This document shows, piece after piece, positions 1 to 12,925 of a stretch of DNA of 64,000 nt. Source of the stretch: Cyanophora paradoxa CCMP329 (lineage: Eukaryota; Plantae; Glaucophyta); contig QPMI01000134.1 of NCBI GenBank assembly GCA_004431415.1, positions 46,871-110,870 on the forward strand, in the 5' to 3' direction. How positions within the stretch are numbered: position 1 is the stretch's first letter; every line of letters starts with the position of its first letter. The notes beneath the pieces are model-generated. The model was not told where the DNA came from. It made no database searches and worked only from the letters and a program-made list of their open reading frames with translations. The translations under genes were made by a program, and so were the position numbers.

Positions 1-24
1 CTTCTGAACTCAATTTCCATCATA

Positions 25-2050
25 TTGGATGATGACGCATGGCGTGGTTTTAATTTTGTGAGGGATCATATTGTGAATGCAGCATCTCTTGAAAACCAGG
101 ATACGCATGGAGTGGTACCGAATGCTAATATGACAGTTGCGGACGCCTTGAACCTGGTGAACAGTACAGTTGAGGATCACTCGCTTGATGCTTTAACCAT
201 ACGTACAAGGTGCTACCGTACAATGACACGTAATGTGATTCCGATCCGAAATATTCATCCTCCCGCGCCTTCTGAAATTTCTCGCTCGTGCCCAGGTTCG
301 AGGAACGGCTGCTTACTGGACAAATGCGCGAAATAAACTACACAGCATGTTCACGACCATTGGTTTCCCTCACATCTACATGACACTATCGAGCGATGAC
401 CTGCACTGGCCTGATCTACTTCGGGCAATCGACCCTGTCAAATTCCAGTCCAGCACCGCCGTATCGGAATTTACAAAAAATCGTGACGACGTTGTGAAAC
501 TGCTGAATGACAACCCGGGGATTGTTGCTGAGCACTTCGATGAACGAGTTCGCGCCATGTTGGAGTTGTTTCAGTCCGAAGGTGGCGAGAGCCTTTTTGG
601 TTGGCCAGTCGTAGATTTTTTTGTTCGGTGCGCTTTGGAATTCATGTACGTGTATTTCGCGTTGTCTCATACGTCTCCGAAGGTATGAGGTTCAGAGTCG
701 CGGGTCGTTGCATGCTCATCTAGTCATCTGGTTAGGTGAACGTACACGGGACGGAGTATCTACCCCTCCCCCCAATTTGGATCCGGCGGATCCCGCCTTC
801 AATGCAGAACAAGTTTGTGCATGGCTGGATACGATCGTCAAAACGGAAGTGCGTTGTAGCTCATGTCATTGGAGTCGTGTTTGCAATCTACCTCTAATCT
901 AGGCTACAGCAACCTCGCACTGAAGGCCCTTTTGCACAATCGTGGGCAACAGAGCGATTGCAGACATATGTTGCTCGGTTCAACCGGCACAAGCACTCGC
1001 ATACTTGTCGGATTGATCCATCGGCGAAGTACAGACACCGTCGCCAACGGAAACTGGCCGTCGTCGACGAGGACGCTGAGCTTCATGATCCTCTACCAGA
1101 TACGGCCCGCAACTCCGTTCTCGAGGACCAGTTGTCTGCAATGGAGAAGGCTGCTCCTTCGGAACATGTAGCCCGTTCAGCCCGGATTGCGAGATTCATG
1201 GCCGAATACAAGGAGAGGTGTAAATGTCGATTTGGGTTCCCCCATGTGTTTGCGGCAAAGACGCACCTTCGGAGTTCTCACGAGGAGCGCTTCATGTGTC
1301 GTGGGGACAGGGAAGTAATTTTTAAACGCACCACACAAGACGACAGATACACGAACAACTTCCATGATATAATAATCCAGCTATGGCAAGCCAATATGGA
1401 TATTCAAGTGGTCACTAACCCGTACAAGATTGCAGCGTACATCTTGGGGTATATGACTAAAGATGAGACAGAGGAGATGAAGGCGGTTGAGAGCGTGCTG
1501 TCTGATTTGCCTGAGGAGGCTTCGACCAACCAAATCCTCTTGAAGGTTCGGTTTCCTTTTACATGACCGGATTAATTGTGATTGGTTTGTAATCGCTGCG
1601 CCGCTCTCCTAGATGCGGAACGCAATGCTGGGATGTCGTACAATGTCCAAGCAAGAAGCGGGTCTATATTGCCTAGGTGGGTGCATTCGTTTTGTCGCCG
1701 GAGTTTGCGTGATGAATACGCACATGTGCCGCTGTGATCGTGCCTGCTCTCATGTATTCATGTGCATGCTGCAGGTCTACCATTGTTTTATTCATCACGA
1801 ACATCCTGTTCAGTTGGGGCGTATCTTCCAGGGAAACGCACGAAGCACCTACGTAAGAAACGGGACCTCGAGTTCCGTGTGCAGCGCAATCCAAATGATG
1901 AAGATGCATGGGCGGATGATCAAGTTGATTATTATACTGCTCGTACTAAGGACCCTGCTGGTACGACATTCACTTTCTCGTTCTCGACGTAAATAATCTG
2001 TGCGTATACGTGCAGGCTCGGCACCTGTTTTCGAGTCCCTAACATTATCT
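25..2050 (+). mobile_element. Helitron/Helentron-type Rep (HUH endonuclease) coding fragment, spliced, 5'-truncated by the window and ending before any helicase
   Basis: Pieces separated by short introns give VRGTAAYW..LHSMFTTIGFPHIYMTLSSDDLHWPDL (motif 1), YEVQSRGSLHAHLVIW (HUH motif 2), HKHSHTC..CRFGFP, ANMDIQ..IAAYILGYMTK (motif 3 tyrosines) and RTMSKQEA..GLPLFYSSR. No Pif1 helicase motifs follow. Confidence 0.9.
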
Positions 2051-2224
2051 TCCCTTTTACCCGAGCTCCATCCCTATATATATAACATTTTAATTGTTTC
2101 ATTATCTTCCCTTTTACTTAATTTGTCAATTCTTCGTACATCTCTATCACGCATTTGGTATACAAAACTTAATTTATACCCATCCTGCCGTAGTGCGTGT
2201 CCCCATTTCAGACCAGAGGCTGCA

Positions 2225-2251
2225 CTGCCCCCGGGGCAGGACTGTTTTTTT
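2225..2251 (+). other. Candidate Helitron/Helentron 3' terminal hairpin followed by a T-run
   Basis: CTGCCCC-C-GGGGCAG palindrome, then GACTG and TTTTTTT, ~190 bp after the Rep homology ends. Confidence 0.45.
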
Positions 2252-4937
2252 CGACTGCTTCTCCAACACTCGCAGCGATCCCACGCGGCAGGGCTAGGAG
2301 GCAGCGAGCCGGGTACAGCAACCGCAGTTGCGACGCTGGGCTCACGCCATGCAAAGCAAAGTCAAGCGTGCAAATCATTTGCGAGCTCAGTGCGCAAACC
2401 ACGGCACACGCACACTGCCAGAGCCTGCGCCATAGTACACATGAGTTCACAGCAATCAAACCGGCGATCGCAATTAACGGTCCGCGGATAGCCGGGGCTG
2501 CAAGGTCCTAGAGGCCGATCGCGATCGCGACTCATGCATATGACGCAATTCTAATTAAATAATTCGATGTGCAAAACCGGATCGCCGAGTCATCTAATTC
2601 GAATGAATCATATATATAGGCAGTTTACTATTAATTTAGCGCTAGCATCACGAGTTCTTAAAATCCGACGCATAATAATCGCACACGCTCGGCTAATATA
2701 TCGCATGTGCATGTAAAATCGAATCGCCGCATCAGATCATGATCATGATCATAATTATAAATAGCCTCCTGTCCCATTTAGAGCATTCTAGCTTTAAATC
2801 ATTAATCGAATCTAAAGATCGCATGATCATGATCGAAGTCAGTTCTCACGCGTGAATCACGGTATAGCTACTATGGCAAGGATCTGGACGGTCCAGACCC
2901 CGCTGTCGGAGCATCTTTGATGTAGCTACCGGGCATCACCGCTGAACCGTTGAACATGCCTGTGAAGCCCAGCTGCAGCCGGCCGTAGAGAGTCTGTCGA
3001 GCCTGAGCGTCCGGCTTGAGCCCTATAGCTAGTACGTAGCGCCCAACTGAAGCCCGTTCAAGCCCGAGTGTAGCTCTGCCCAGCTCAAGCTTGACGGCAA
3101 GTTAGCAGTACTACCGCCTGGCGTCAGCGGTTACAAGTTAGAGTCCAGACTTGAGCTCTAGCCAAGTCCAGTCTGCATCCAAGGCTCCGAGCTTGAGGCA
3201 CTAGTACTGGCACACACAAGTCAGCGCTAGCGCATGAGTTGCGTGTCCCTTACAGTGACCGGCGTTAACGTTAGCAGCGTAGCATTAGTAGCTCAGCGGC
3301 TAGTCGTCTTCAGGCAGCGCGGCTCCGCTGGCCATGGGCTAGGGGCTGACGGGTACAGCTCCGTCCACGATGTGATCCGTCCGAGCGCTAGTTAAAGGGA
3401 TGATCCGCTGAGGCATTAACATTGCTGCTTGAGCCAGGACGTAGACCGGGGCAGTTGCACGATCCACGAGAAGCCATAATTAATTATCGAATACACACTA
3501 CACCCGCCGGCGCCGCCTCCACGCCCACGGGCCGCGCGCCGCCGGGGCGCACGCGCGGCGAGGGCGGCGCCCTGGGGCGGCGGGGCGGCGGAGGGGAGTG
3601 GCGGCGGGCGGCCGCGCGGCGCTGCGGGGCCCGAGCTGCGGGGCGGCCGCCGGGGCCCGGGGGAGCTTTCCGTGCTCCCGCAGGCGCCGGTGCAGAGGAG
3701 AGCGGACTCAGGGCGCGAGGGCCGCACGCAGAGGCCGGCCGCCGCCTCACAGCGGAGCGGCGCCCCGCGCCGGTCCGGCGCGCTGCCGCGCCGGCTCCGT
3801 CGCACTCGCGGCGGTTACTAACTGCAAACGGCCGTTAGGCTAACTGCCGCGCAGCGGAGGGGGCGGCGCTTCGGGGCTTCGGGGCGCACGCTGCTCCTCG
3901 CTGGCGACCGGCGCGGGGCGGCCTCCGCGCCGCGAACCGCGTCACGGGCAGTGCCGAGCCGTGCTCCACGGGCTTCGTGCTCCGCGCCCCACTCGCGGCG
4001 ACTCCGCCCTTCGCCCGCCAGTCCATTCAATCGCGGCGCGGCCATCCGGGGCGACCTGCCGCGGGCGTGCGTCAGCTTCGACTTCGCCGCATGCAAATGC
4101 ACGACGCTGTGCGAACCAATGCCCTCCGCCAAGGCCGCCGCCGCCGCGCCTCCGCCGAGCTCGCGACGACCGCGAGCGGCCATTGCGGCGCTTCCGAGGG
4201 AGGCTGATCGTGCTCCAGATGCGTGGAGGAGCGCATTCTGCTGGCCAGCTGCTCGCCCGCACGCTGTGGAGCGAGATCTCGTCACGATTTCTGTGCCGGC
4301 TTGGGGTACAGCGATCGCCCGCTTCGCCACCTTCGCTCCTCGGGCTTCGATGCGCCTTGCGGCGCGGCGCCGGTATACGTGCGTTCCAACTCTATCGACG
4401 GCATGTGCTGGTCTAACACGCGCCGCTCGCAGCCTTGCGATCTTGTGCGACTCGGCAATGCGGTCGATTGCAGGGATCAGCGCGCGCGCAGGCGCGCGGC
4501 TCGATGCGAGTGCGATGCGATCCCGGCGGCGAGCGGATCCAGGTACGCCGCTCGGCCGCGCACGGACGCGCCTAGGCCTATCCTGCGCGAGTCGCAGGGG
4601 GCGCGCGCGCGGACGATGCGGTCCTGCGGGGCCTCTGCCCGAGCCTGCCGCCTCGGCTCCGGACGAGGCGGCCGGCGTCGCGCCCGGGCGCACGCCGACA
4701 GACGTCCGCCTCGAGCGCCGCCCCGCGGGCCCCTCGGACCCGCCGGTCGCCCCGCGCGAGAGGCGCCCCCGCAGCGCCGCGCGCCGCGCCTCCGCGCGCC
4801 CCTCGAGCTCGGCGGCGGGCGGCGGCGACTCCTCCTCCTCCCTCCCCGCGCGCCCCGCCCCGCCCCGCCCCCGCAGCTTGGCTTACTGAGTCTTTGGCCT
4901 TGGCTCTCTGGCTGTTTGCTCTCCGCCCCGGCTCGCC

Positions 4938-7900
4938 ATGGCGCAGGTGCTGTTCCTGGGCGTGGCCCGCGGCGAGGCGCACGGCGCCAAGAGGCTCGCC
5001 ACGGTGCGCGCCCCTCGTCCCAGTCTTCTATGAGATTCTTCCACAAGAGCCGCGCGTACCGCTGTTTTCATTCTATCCAGATCCAGACCGTTATTCTATC
5101 TATCGGCTCGAAGAGGGTCGCCACGGCCCGTGAGCGCGCCTACGGTCGAGGGCGAGATGAAGCTGGGCGGGGCTCGCGGTCGCTAGGGAGCTAGCCGCGC
5201 GACGCCCGACCCCCGGCTCGCTCGGGAGCCCTGCGCCCGCGCTCGCTCGCCCCCTAGCTCGCTCGCTCACGGCCCCCGAGCCGAAAGCTAGCCGGAACCC
5301 GCGGCTGCTAGAAAGGAAGCTAGCCGCCCCACGCCACGCTTGCGCGCCGCGGCCCGGCCCGCCCCGCCCCGCCCCGCCCCGGCCCCGGCCCCGGCCCGCC
5401 CCCAGGCTCGCTCGCTCGCCGGCGCCCCCCCGACCCGAGCCGACCCGAGCCGCCCCGCCCGCGCAGCCGGAGCAGACGATGTACGCGAAGGAGTACTACA
5501 AGCGGGAGGCCGCCGACGCCCTCCTCGACGTCCGCCGCGAGGTGAGCGGGCGAGGCCCAGCCTCGACGATCCGATCCGGCCCAGCCTAGCCCAGTCTAGC
5601 TAGCCCCCTTCCTAGTCTAGTCCAGCTGGGCCCCTTGTCGTAGCCTGGCTTGCTTTGGCGCCTTGCACCGCAGGTTTAGCTAGCTAAGCAGATTAGCAGG
5701 TTCTCGGACTCCTAGCAGCCACGTCTAGCTTTAAGCTCGGGACCTTAGCTTGCTTGCTTTCTTCCTAGCCACTGCATCAGCCCAAGCTGACTCTCTTTGA
5801 ACAGTTCTCGGGCGCCGATCTGCTCTGGACGGACCACGGGCCCCTCCCGGGCGAGAAGGTCAGGCCCTTACCCGCGGGCCCCTCCCCCCCGCACCCCCTC
5901 GCGATCCACTCTCCCCCGGGCCATCTTCCACGCCGTGCCGCTCCTTATGCGCTCACGCCGGATTCAAATCCGCCGGCCTCCACCCGGGCTACCTACCCAC
6001 ACCCGGGCGCCCCGCGCGCGCCCCTTACGCGCCCCTCACGCGCCCCCGCGCCCGCCCCGCCCCCCAGATCCGGCGGATGCACCGGGAGGACCCCCTCCCG
6101 AACCGGCCCCCGATCCTCAAGTCCGCCCTCATCATCCCGGTCCGTCCGCTCCGCCCGCGCCGCCCGCCCGCCCGCCCTCCCTTTCGCTCGTCTACATTAA
6201 AAGCTTCCTTAGTTTCCATTTCTATAGAGTCTCAGAAGCTTCCATAGCTATAGCTAGAGTCTCGAACAGCGTCAGCGCGCCCTCCCGGCCGGGCCCCTTG
6301 AGCAGCCAGCACGGATCATCTGATCTCTGAACTGGCGCGCAGGCGCCGGCGTGGCGGGTGGCGAACTTCCTGTGGGACCCCACGAGCCGCACAAAGTGGG
6401 ACAAGGTGCACCGGCTCCGATCGTCCTCGAATTTGATCCCTAGATTAGATCTCGTGGAGTCCGAGCCCCCTCAGCGCAGATCTCATAGATCTTAGCTAGA
6501 TTTTCCTAGCTAGCTATAGCTATCTAGCTTCCTTCCTTAGCTAAACTAACGAACTGACTTCGCACCAAGTGGGACAAGGTGCGCCGGCAGGCGGCGGGCG
6601 GGCGGCGGGCGGCCCCGCGCGAGCTAGCTCCGACCATTCTTGAATTTGATCCCTAGATTGGATTCTTTAGAAGATCCGATAGCGCAGCGCTCGTTTCCCG
6701 AGCGCCCTCAGAGTTTCCTCAGCTCAGATCCCATACATCTTAGCTCACCACTCGAGAAGACGCTTAGCTTAGCTAACTGACTCCGGTACCCCCCGCGCAG
6801 CTGGCGCTGCGGTGCGGGGTGGTGGACGAGCTGGAGCGGACGACGCGGGTCGACTACGTGGAGGAGACGAACCTGCTCCCGGGTCACCTCCCCCGCAACA
6901 TGCTCCTCGTCGCCACCGTCCAGGTGGGCGCCAGCACCCGTCTGGCTGCCGGGCTCTGGGGCGAGAGGGCGGGCGGGCGCCGGTCCCGCCGACACGGCTC
7001 CCTCTCTCTGCAGCGCGACCTGCACGCGCGCATGTTCGTGATCGCCTACCGCTCCGTCATCCACAAGAAGGGTGCTTCGCTTAACCCTGCTTCACCCTGC
7101 TTCTCTTTTTCCGCGGAGCTGCGCTGTTCTGAACCGGGGCGCGCAGTCAAGGTGGAGGGGCAGTTCATCCGAGCGCACGTCTTCAAGGGGTGCGCCGCGC
7201 GGCGGGGCGGGGCGGGGCGGGGCGGGGAGCGAGAGGGGCGGGGATACGCCGAGCGGTGGGGCGGGCGGGACGCGGCTATCGATGTCTCCCTTCCGGCGCA
7301 GCTCAGCTTTACGTCTCGACTCAGGAGCGCTAGAACAAGGGCCTTCTGACAGGGCGCGGCGCGGCGCGGCAGGGCTTCATCGTTCGGGAGGTCGACGAGC
7401 GCAGCAGCGAGCTGACGTACGTCATCCAGATGGACGTCAAGGTAGCCTACCCCCTCCTATTATTCCCCTCCCCGTGACGTCACGCCCACCGTGACGTCGC
7501 GCCACTCGATTAGGGCGTCCTATCGCGCGTCACGGCGGAACATTACTTCGCGCGGCGCATGCTGGCGCCGCAGCAGGCAGGCTTTCCCGTACCCCTCTTG
7601 TCTTCCTCCCCGCCCTTCCTCAGTGCCGCCCCCCTCCCCGCTTTGCAGATCGGGTACGCCCTTAGGATCGAGTACCTGTCCAACTGCGGGAAGGTTTGTG
7701 TACCCCGGCCGGGCTCCGCGGGCCCCGTACCCCGTCTCGCGGGCCGCGCTGACGCCCCTGGCAGTGGATCAAGGGCGGGCTCTTCCCCCCCCGCTCCCTC
7801 GTCTCTGAGTCGCGGCACATCCAGGGGGCCCTGAAGAAGGTACGAGCTGGAGCACGCTCTTGTTTGTTCCCGCGCGTTTCCTCGCTCGGGAGCTGACGGG

Positions 7901-10811
7901 TACGCGGCAAGATCCGGGGGATGAAATCGCTGGTGTCGTTCCTTCCGGGGTCCTCTTCGGGGCAGCCGTCGCCCACGGGCTCCGAGGAGGACGAGCCGGG
8001 GTACCCGCGCCCCGCCCCGCCGCACGAGGGCGCGGAGGGCGCCGGGGGGGAGGCCCCGCGGGGGGGTACGGAATCCGAGCCCCACGAGGCGGCGGCGCCC
8101 CGCGAGCCCCAGGCGGACCCCGAGAGGGCGCGCTTACCCTCCCCGGGGCCGGACGCCGACGCGCCGTCACCGCAGCCGTTGCCGGGGCCGCCCGAGTCGG
8201 CGCAGCCGTCGCGGAAAGCGGCGCGGCTCGCCGCGCCGCAGCCGCTCGACGTGGCAGGCGACCGTTCCCCCTCCCCTTCCCTCTCCTCCCCGTCGCCCGT
8301 CGCGGCGGCGGCCGGGGCCGCGCGGGCGGCCGCAGCGAAGTCGCCGCAGGGGCAGGGGCCGGCGGGCCGGCAGAGGGGCCAGCGGTCCCCCGGCCCTGGG
8401 AAGGGGGCGCCCTCGATCGGGAGCGCTGCCTCCCTAGAGGCCGCCCCCGCCTCGGACGCGGCGGGGCTCCCGGCGACCCTCAAGCCCCGCCCGCGCTGCC
8501 GCCCGCCGCCGGAGCCGGAGCCGGCGCCGGCGCCGGGTCCTCCCTCGCCGCCGCCGCCGGCGCCGCCGCGCCCCGCCCGTCAACAACGGCGGCGGCGGCG
8601 TCGGCTTCTCCCCCCGCCGCCGCCTCCGTCCCGGGCTCTCGCCCCGACTCCTTCAGCTGGCAGCAGCCGGACCAGCGGCGGCCCTCGACGAGCGACGGCC
8701 TGGCCGGCTCGAGCCTCCTCCCGCCGGGCGCTGTCATCGCCGGCATCAGGTCCGCCCGTCCGCCCGCCCGCCCGTCTGCGGGCTGCGCAGCGCCGCACAG
8801 GAGGGCTCTCTGAGCGGCGGATACTTTGATATAGAAAGCGGCACAGAAGACGATTTTCTCGCCCTCTACCTGCCCGTGACCCGCCCGCACGCAGGCGGGC
8901 GTCGACGGCGGCGAGCCTGCCGCGCACCTACTCCGGCACCTCCCTCGCATCCACCGTCCTCCTCAACCCGCCCCAAGTGAGAGAATCTGCTAAGCCTGCT
9001 CTAACCAACCCCTTCCTCTCTCTCCCCCCTCTCGAATCTTCTTCCGCCCCTCACGCCTCGGGCAGACGGCGCCGGCGGGCCCGCCGAAGCGGCCGAGCGG
9101 CCTGAGCGCCCTCCAGGTGCGCCCTTCCGAGGGGCCCCGGGCCCAAGAAGCTTGAATCTAGCCGAACCTAGGCCTAGCTGGAACTTGAGACTTGACATTC
9201 GAAGCCTAGAGAACCCAGAGAACGCCCGCCGAGGGGCCCCGGGCCCGGCCCCCCCGCCCCCCGCCCGCGCCCTCCTCCTCATCGCGGGGGCAGGCGCTGC
9301 TGGACGCGAGTCCGGTGGTCTTCGACGCGGAGGAGCTCGCCCGCGAGGAGCGCCGCCTCCGCCGCCGCCGCCGGTGCGAGCCGCCCGCCCCCGCCCCGGC
9401 CCCGCCCCGGCGCCAGGTCGTCGCTAGCTGTATCCATCTAGAGCTACTACACCGTGAATGCTAGAGAACGAGGCCTCTTCTGACGGTGCCGCGCAGGCTG
9501 GCGCGGCAGGCGGCGGCGGAGGCGCAGGCGGACGCGGAGCGCGTCGCCACGCCGGCGGCCCTGCAGCAGCTGCAGCTGCAGCACTCGGCGACGGCCCCGG
9601 GGGCGCTCGCGCCGGGCCTGGCGGGGGCGGTGGCGCAGCTCGCCGCGCGGCGCATGTCGCGGCGCATGTCCCTCATGAAGCTCGCCGAGCTCGCCGCGCA
9701 GGGCGCCGAGGTCTCCGCCTTTCTGAGGTGCCGCCCCCCTCCCTCCGGCGCGTCCGCAGAGGCTCACCTCGTTCGCCGCGGCGCAGCTCGGACGGCTCGC
9801 CGCTGCGGCAGGCGGTGGGCGGCGGCGGCGGGGCGGGCGCGTGGAGCGAGGAGAGCAGCTCGGGCAGCAGCGCGGAGGAGGCGGCCGCCAACTCGGCGCA
9901 GGAGGAGGACGAGGCCGAGGAGGAGAGAATGCGCGAGGCGCGCCGGCGGAGCCGCTGTTTGCTGTCGTTCGTTTCTGTTTGCTGTTCGCTGATGGTGGTC
10001 CCGGGCGCAGGAGACCCGCTGAACCTCACGGGCTGGGCGAACGCTCGCCAGGCCAAGAAGGCGCGGCACCGGGGGGCGGGGGCGGGGCCCGCGGCCCCCG
10101 GGCAGGAGGGCAGGGCGGCCGCCGCGGCTGCGGCGAAAGGGCCGCTCAAGTCGGGGGGGGTGGGGGCCCGCCTCTTCCGGAAGTACATGGCGGTACCCCT
10201 CCCGTCCATGCGGCTCCTGAGGGAGCGCGGCTCCCGCTCCCCCTCCCCGGACTCCCGCTCGGCCTCTCCCCCCCGGGCCCAGACCGCCGCCGGCCGCGTC
10301 CGCGTCTCTACCCCCCTCGACCCCGTCCACCAGGCGGTGCGCGTGCCCTCCTCCCCGCCTTCATCTCGTCCCCACCTTGACCAGGGTACGGCAGGCTCTG
10401 GACTTTGCGAACGCGCGGGCGGAGGCGCGGCGGCTGCGGCACGAGGCTGGCATGAGCGCGTCCGCGGGGAGCCTCTCCTTCGGCGACCTACCCCCTCCGC
10501 CCGGCGACCTCCCGCCGGGCCTCAGATACGTACCCCCACCGCGGAACAGGCGGGCGTCCACGGCGGACGGGGTACGCCGCTCCTCCGCGTCGGGCGGCGG
10601 GCGCCGGAGGAGCAGCATACTGGCGCCCGCCGGATCCGAACCGCCGCCCGCCGGCGCCGGCGCCGGGCTGGGGCCCCAGGGGCGGGGCCAGGGGCACCTC
10701 TCGGTCACGCAGTCGGCCCCCTCGCTCGGGGGCCTGGGCCTGCGCTCCGGCGCCCGCCCCGCGACGGTCCCCGCGGAGCCGCCCGCCCGCACCTGCCCCG
10801 GGGCGGCGTGA
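4938..10811 (+). CDS. Multi-exon START/SRPBCC lipid-binding-domain gene, copy A, with a long low-complexity C-terminal part (boundaries approximate; the tail may be a separate gene)
   Basis: GT-AG exons between 5467 and 7441 give PEQTMYAKEYYKREAADALLDVRRE/FSGADLLWTDHG../..ILKSALIIP/APAWRVANFLWDPTSRTKWDK/LALRCGVVDELERTTRVDYV..PRNMLLV../..IAYRSVIHKK/..FIRAHVFKG/GFIVREVDERSSELTYVIQMDVK. This matches the START pattern (R..WD, SV.H, ltYviq.D.k). Confidence 0.75.
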
Positions 10812-11307
10812 CTCTCTCTAGTACACGAGTGATCCCCGGGGGCGACGTGACTCTAGTGCGATTTCTTGCTCTTCTGTACACTATGGTTTCGTCCTTATTC
10901 TAGTTAGCGTTGAGTCTTATATATTCCGGCATCCCACTGAGCCTGCCCGGCGGCCAAACGTTAACCCGAGCCCGGATCGCGAGCCCGAGCTACCCTCGCA
11001 GTCGATCTCGCCGAAAAACATCGTACAGACAGACTCATGATCAAAGACAGACTCTTAGGCAGCTAGGACAGAACCGCTAGACAAGAATCACAATTTGGAA
11101 AGACAAAGTACGTCCAGCCGCCTGAACAATTCAACCGAATTCGAAGGGAAATTGTAGACTTTGGCGGATGCGGAGCGCGGGGCCTCGCGGAGGAGGGCTG
11201 AACCTCGGGAGCCCCGAGAGCACCCGCGGCCTCCTCGAGGAGGGAGGGAAGGGGGAGGGAAGGGCCGGGGAGGGGGGCGGGCCGGAGCCGGGCAGGCAGG
11301 CAGGCCC

Positions 11308-12925
11308 TCAGCGGCGGGCGCCCTCGTCGCAGGCCTCGAGCAGGAGCCGGAGGCTGACCCGCCGGAAGGTCGCCTCCGCGTAGTACGGGATCGCCTTGCG
11401 CGCGAAGACGAGCCGCAGGTCGGACGGGATCTCCCCCGCTGAGGGGCGATCAAATTCGGTTGGCTGGCGGGGCGGGGTGGTTCTGGGGCGGGGGCGCACG
11501 GGCGGGGAAGCGGCAGGACTTCTCGTCGTGGAGGAGGACGATGTTCTTCCCCGCCCGCGCCGCGTGCCGCACCTCGCCCAGCACGTAGTGGCTCGCCAAC
11601 ACGTCTGCGCGGCACCGTAAGATCAGGCGCCGCCAGGAACGCGGCGGCAGCCTCGCGGACCCTGGGAGATGATGAGGACGACGCTCGCGGAGGCGTCGAT
11701 GATGTTCTCGAGCCTGCGGGGCGGGGGGCCGGCCCGGGTGAGAGCGCGGCGAGCACTCCAACTCGAGAGGGGCGCACTGGTGGAGCTCGAGGCGGGAGTC
11801 GTCGGCGTCGAGGAAGACGCGGAGGCCGGGGCCGGCCTGCTCGAGCTGGAGCTTGAGGGCGAGGGCGAAGTGCCCCGCCGAGGACTGCTTGTGCGAGAGG
11901 AAGACGTCGTACTGGGCCGCTGCGGCGGGGCGTGAGGCGGAGGGGCGGAGGGGCAAACTGCTCCGGAGTGGTGCACGGACCGGGGGCCGGGGCGGCGGGG
12001 CGCGGGTCGGCGGGGCGGGCTGCGGCGGGGCGGCGGGGCACACCGCGGGGGCGGGGGCGGGGAGGGAGCGGAGGGATCCGAGGCGTTCAGGCGTTCAGAG
12101 GGGGTTGCCGCTCACGTCCAGCGTCTGCAGACGGGAGAGGCGGCCGATCTCCGGCGGCAGCGCCGCTAGCTGATTTTTCTCCACGCTCAGCTTCTGCAGG
12201 CTGGAGAGGCGGCCGATCTCCGGCGGCAGCACCGTCAGCTGGTTGCTGCTCACGAGCAGCTCCTGCAGGCTGGAGAGGCGGCCGATCTCCGGCGGCAGCG
12301 CCATCAGCTGGTTGTTGCTCACGTACAGCTCCTGCAGGGCGGCGAGGCGGCCGATCTCCGGCGGCAGCGCCGTCAGCTGGTTGCTCTGCACGTTCAGCCA
12401 CCGCAGGGCGGTGAGGCGGCCGATCTCCGGCGGCAGCGCCGTGAGCTGGTTGCCACCCACGCCCAGCGTCTCCAGGCCGGCGAGGCGGCCGATCTCCGGC
12501 GGCAGCGCCGTGAGCTGGTTGTCACCCACGCCCAGCGTCTCCAGGGCGGCGAGGCGGCCGATCTCCGGCGGCAGAGCCGTCAGCTGGTTGTCACCCACGT
12601 ACAGCGTCTGCAAAGCGGCGAGGCGGCCGATCTCCGGCGGCAGCGCCGCCAGCTGGTTGCCCTGCACGTTCAGCCACCGCAGGGCGGTGAGGCGGCCGAT
12701 CTCCGGCGGTAGCGCCGTCAGCCGGTTGTTGCTCAACCACAGCCACTCCAGGTTCGTCAGCTTGGCGAGCTCGGCCCCCGGGATGCTCGTGAGCTCGTTT
12801 CCCCAAAGCTCGAGCCAGCGGATGTTCTCGGGCCCCGCCGCCGCGATCTCCGCCGCCGGCCACTCCTCCCGATCCTTCCCCCCCAGGTCCAGCTTCCCCT
12901 CCGCCGGGATCCACTCCTTGCCCAT
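11308..12925 (-). pseudogene. LRR-TIR gene 1A: single-exon LRR head (10 x 23-aa repeats after an N-cap) plus spliced SARM1-like TIR, with an in-frame TGA between them
   Basis: The ORF 12925-12095 is LxxLxVxxNQLTALPPEIGRL repeats. Downstream exons give YDVFLSHKQSSAGHFALALKLQLEQAGPGLRVFLDADD..LENIIDASASVVLIISQDVLASHYVLGEVRHAARAGKNIVLLHD..FP..EIPSDLRLVFARKAIPY. The frame reads GNPL*TPERLGSLRSLPAPAPA before the donor. Confidence 0.85.
12100..12750 (-). repeat. 69-bp LRR coding tandem repeat
   Basis: GAGGCGGCCGATCTCCGGCGG recurs every 69 nt. The same array type lies at ~18790-19155 and ~33510-33880. Confidence 0.95.

Noticed and set aside
2880-3470. Gene in the segment after the Helitron
   Set aside because: Looks like decayed coding DNA with many stops and no recognisable family.
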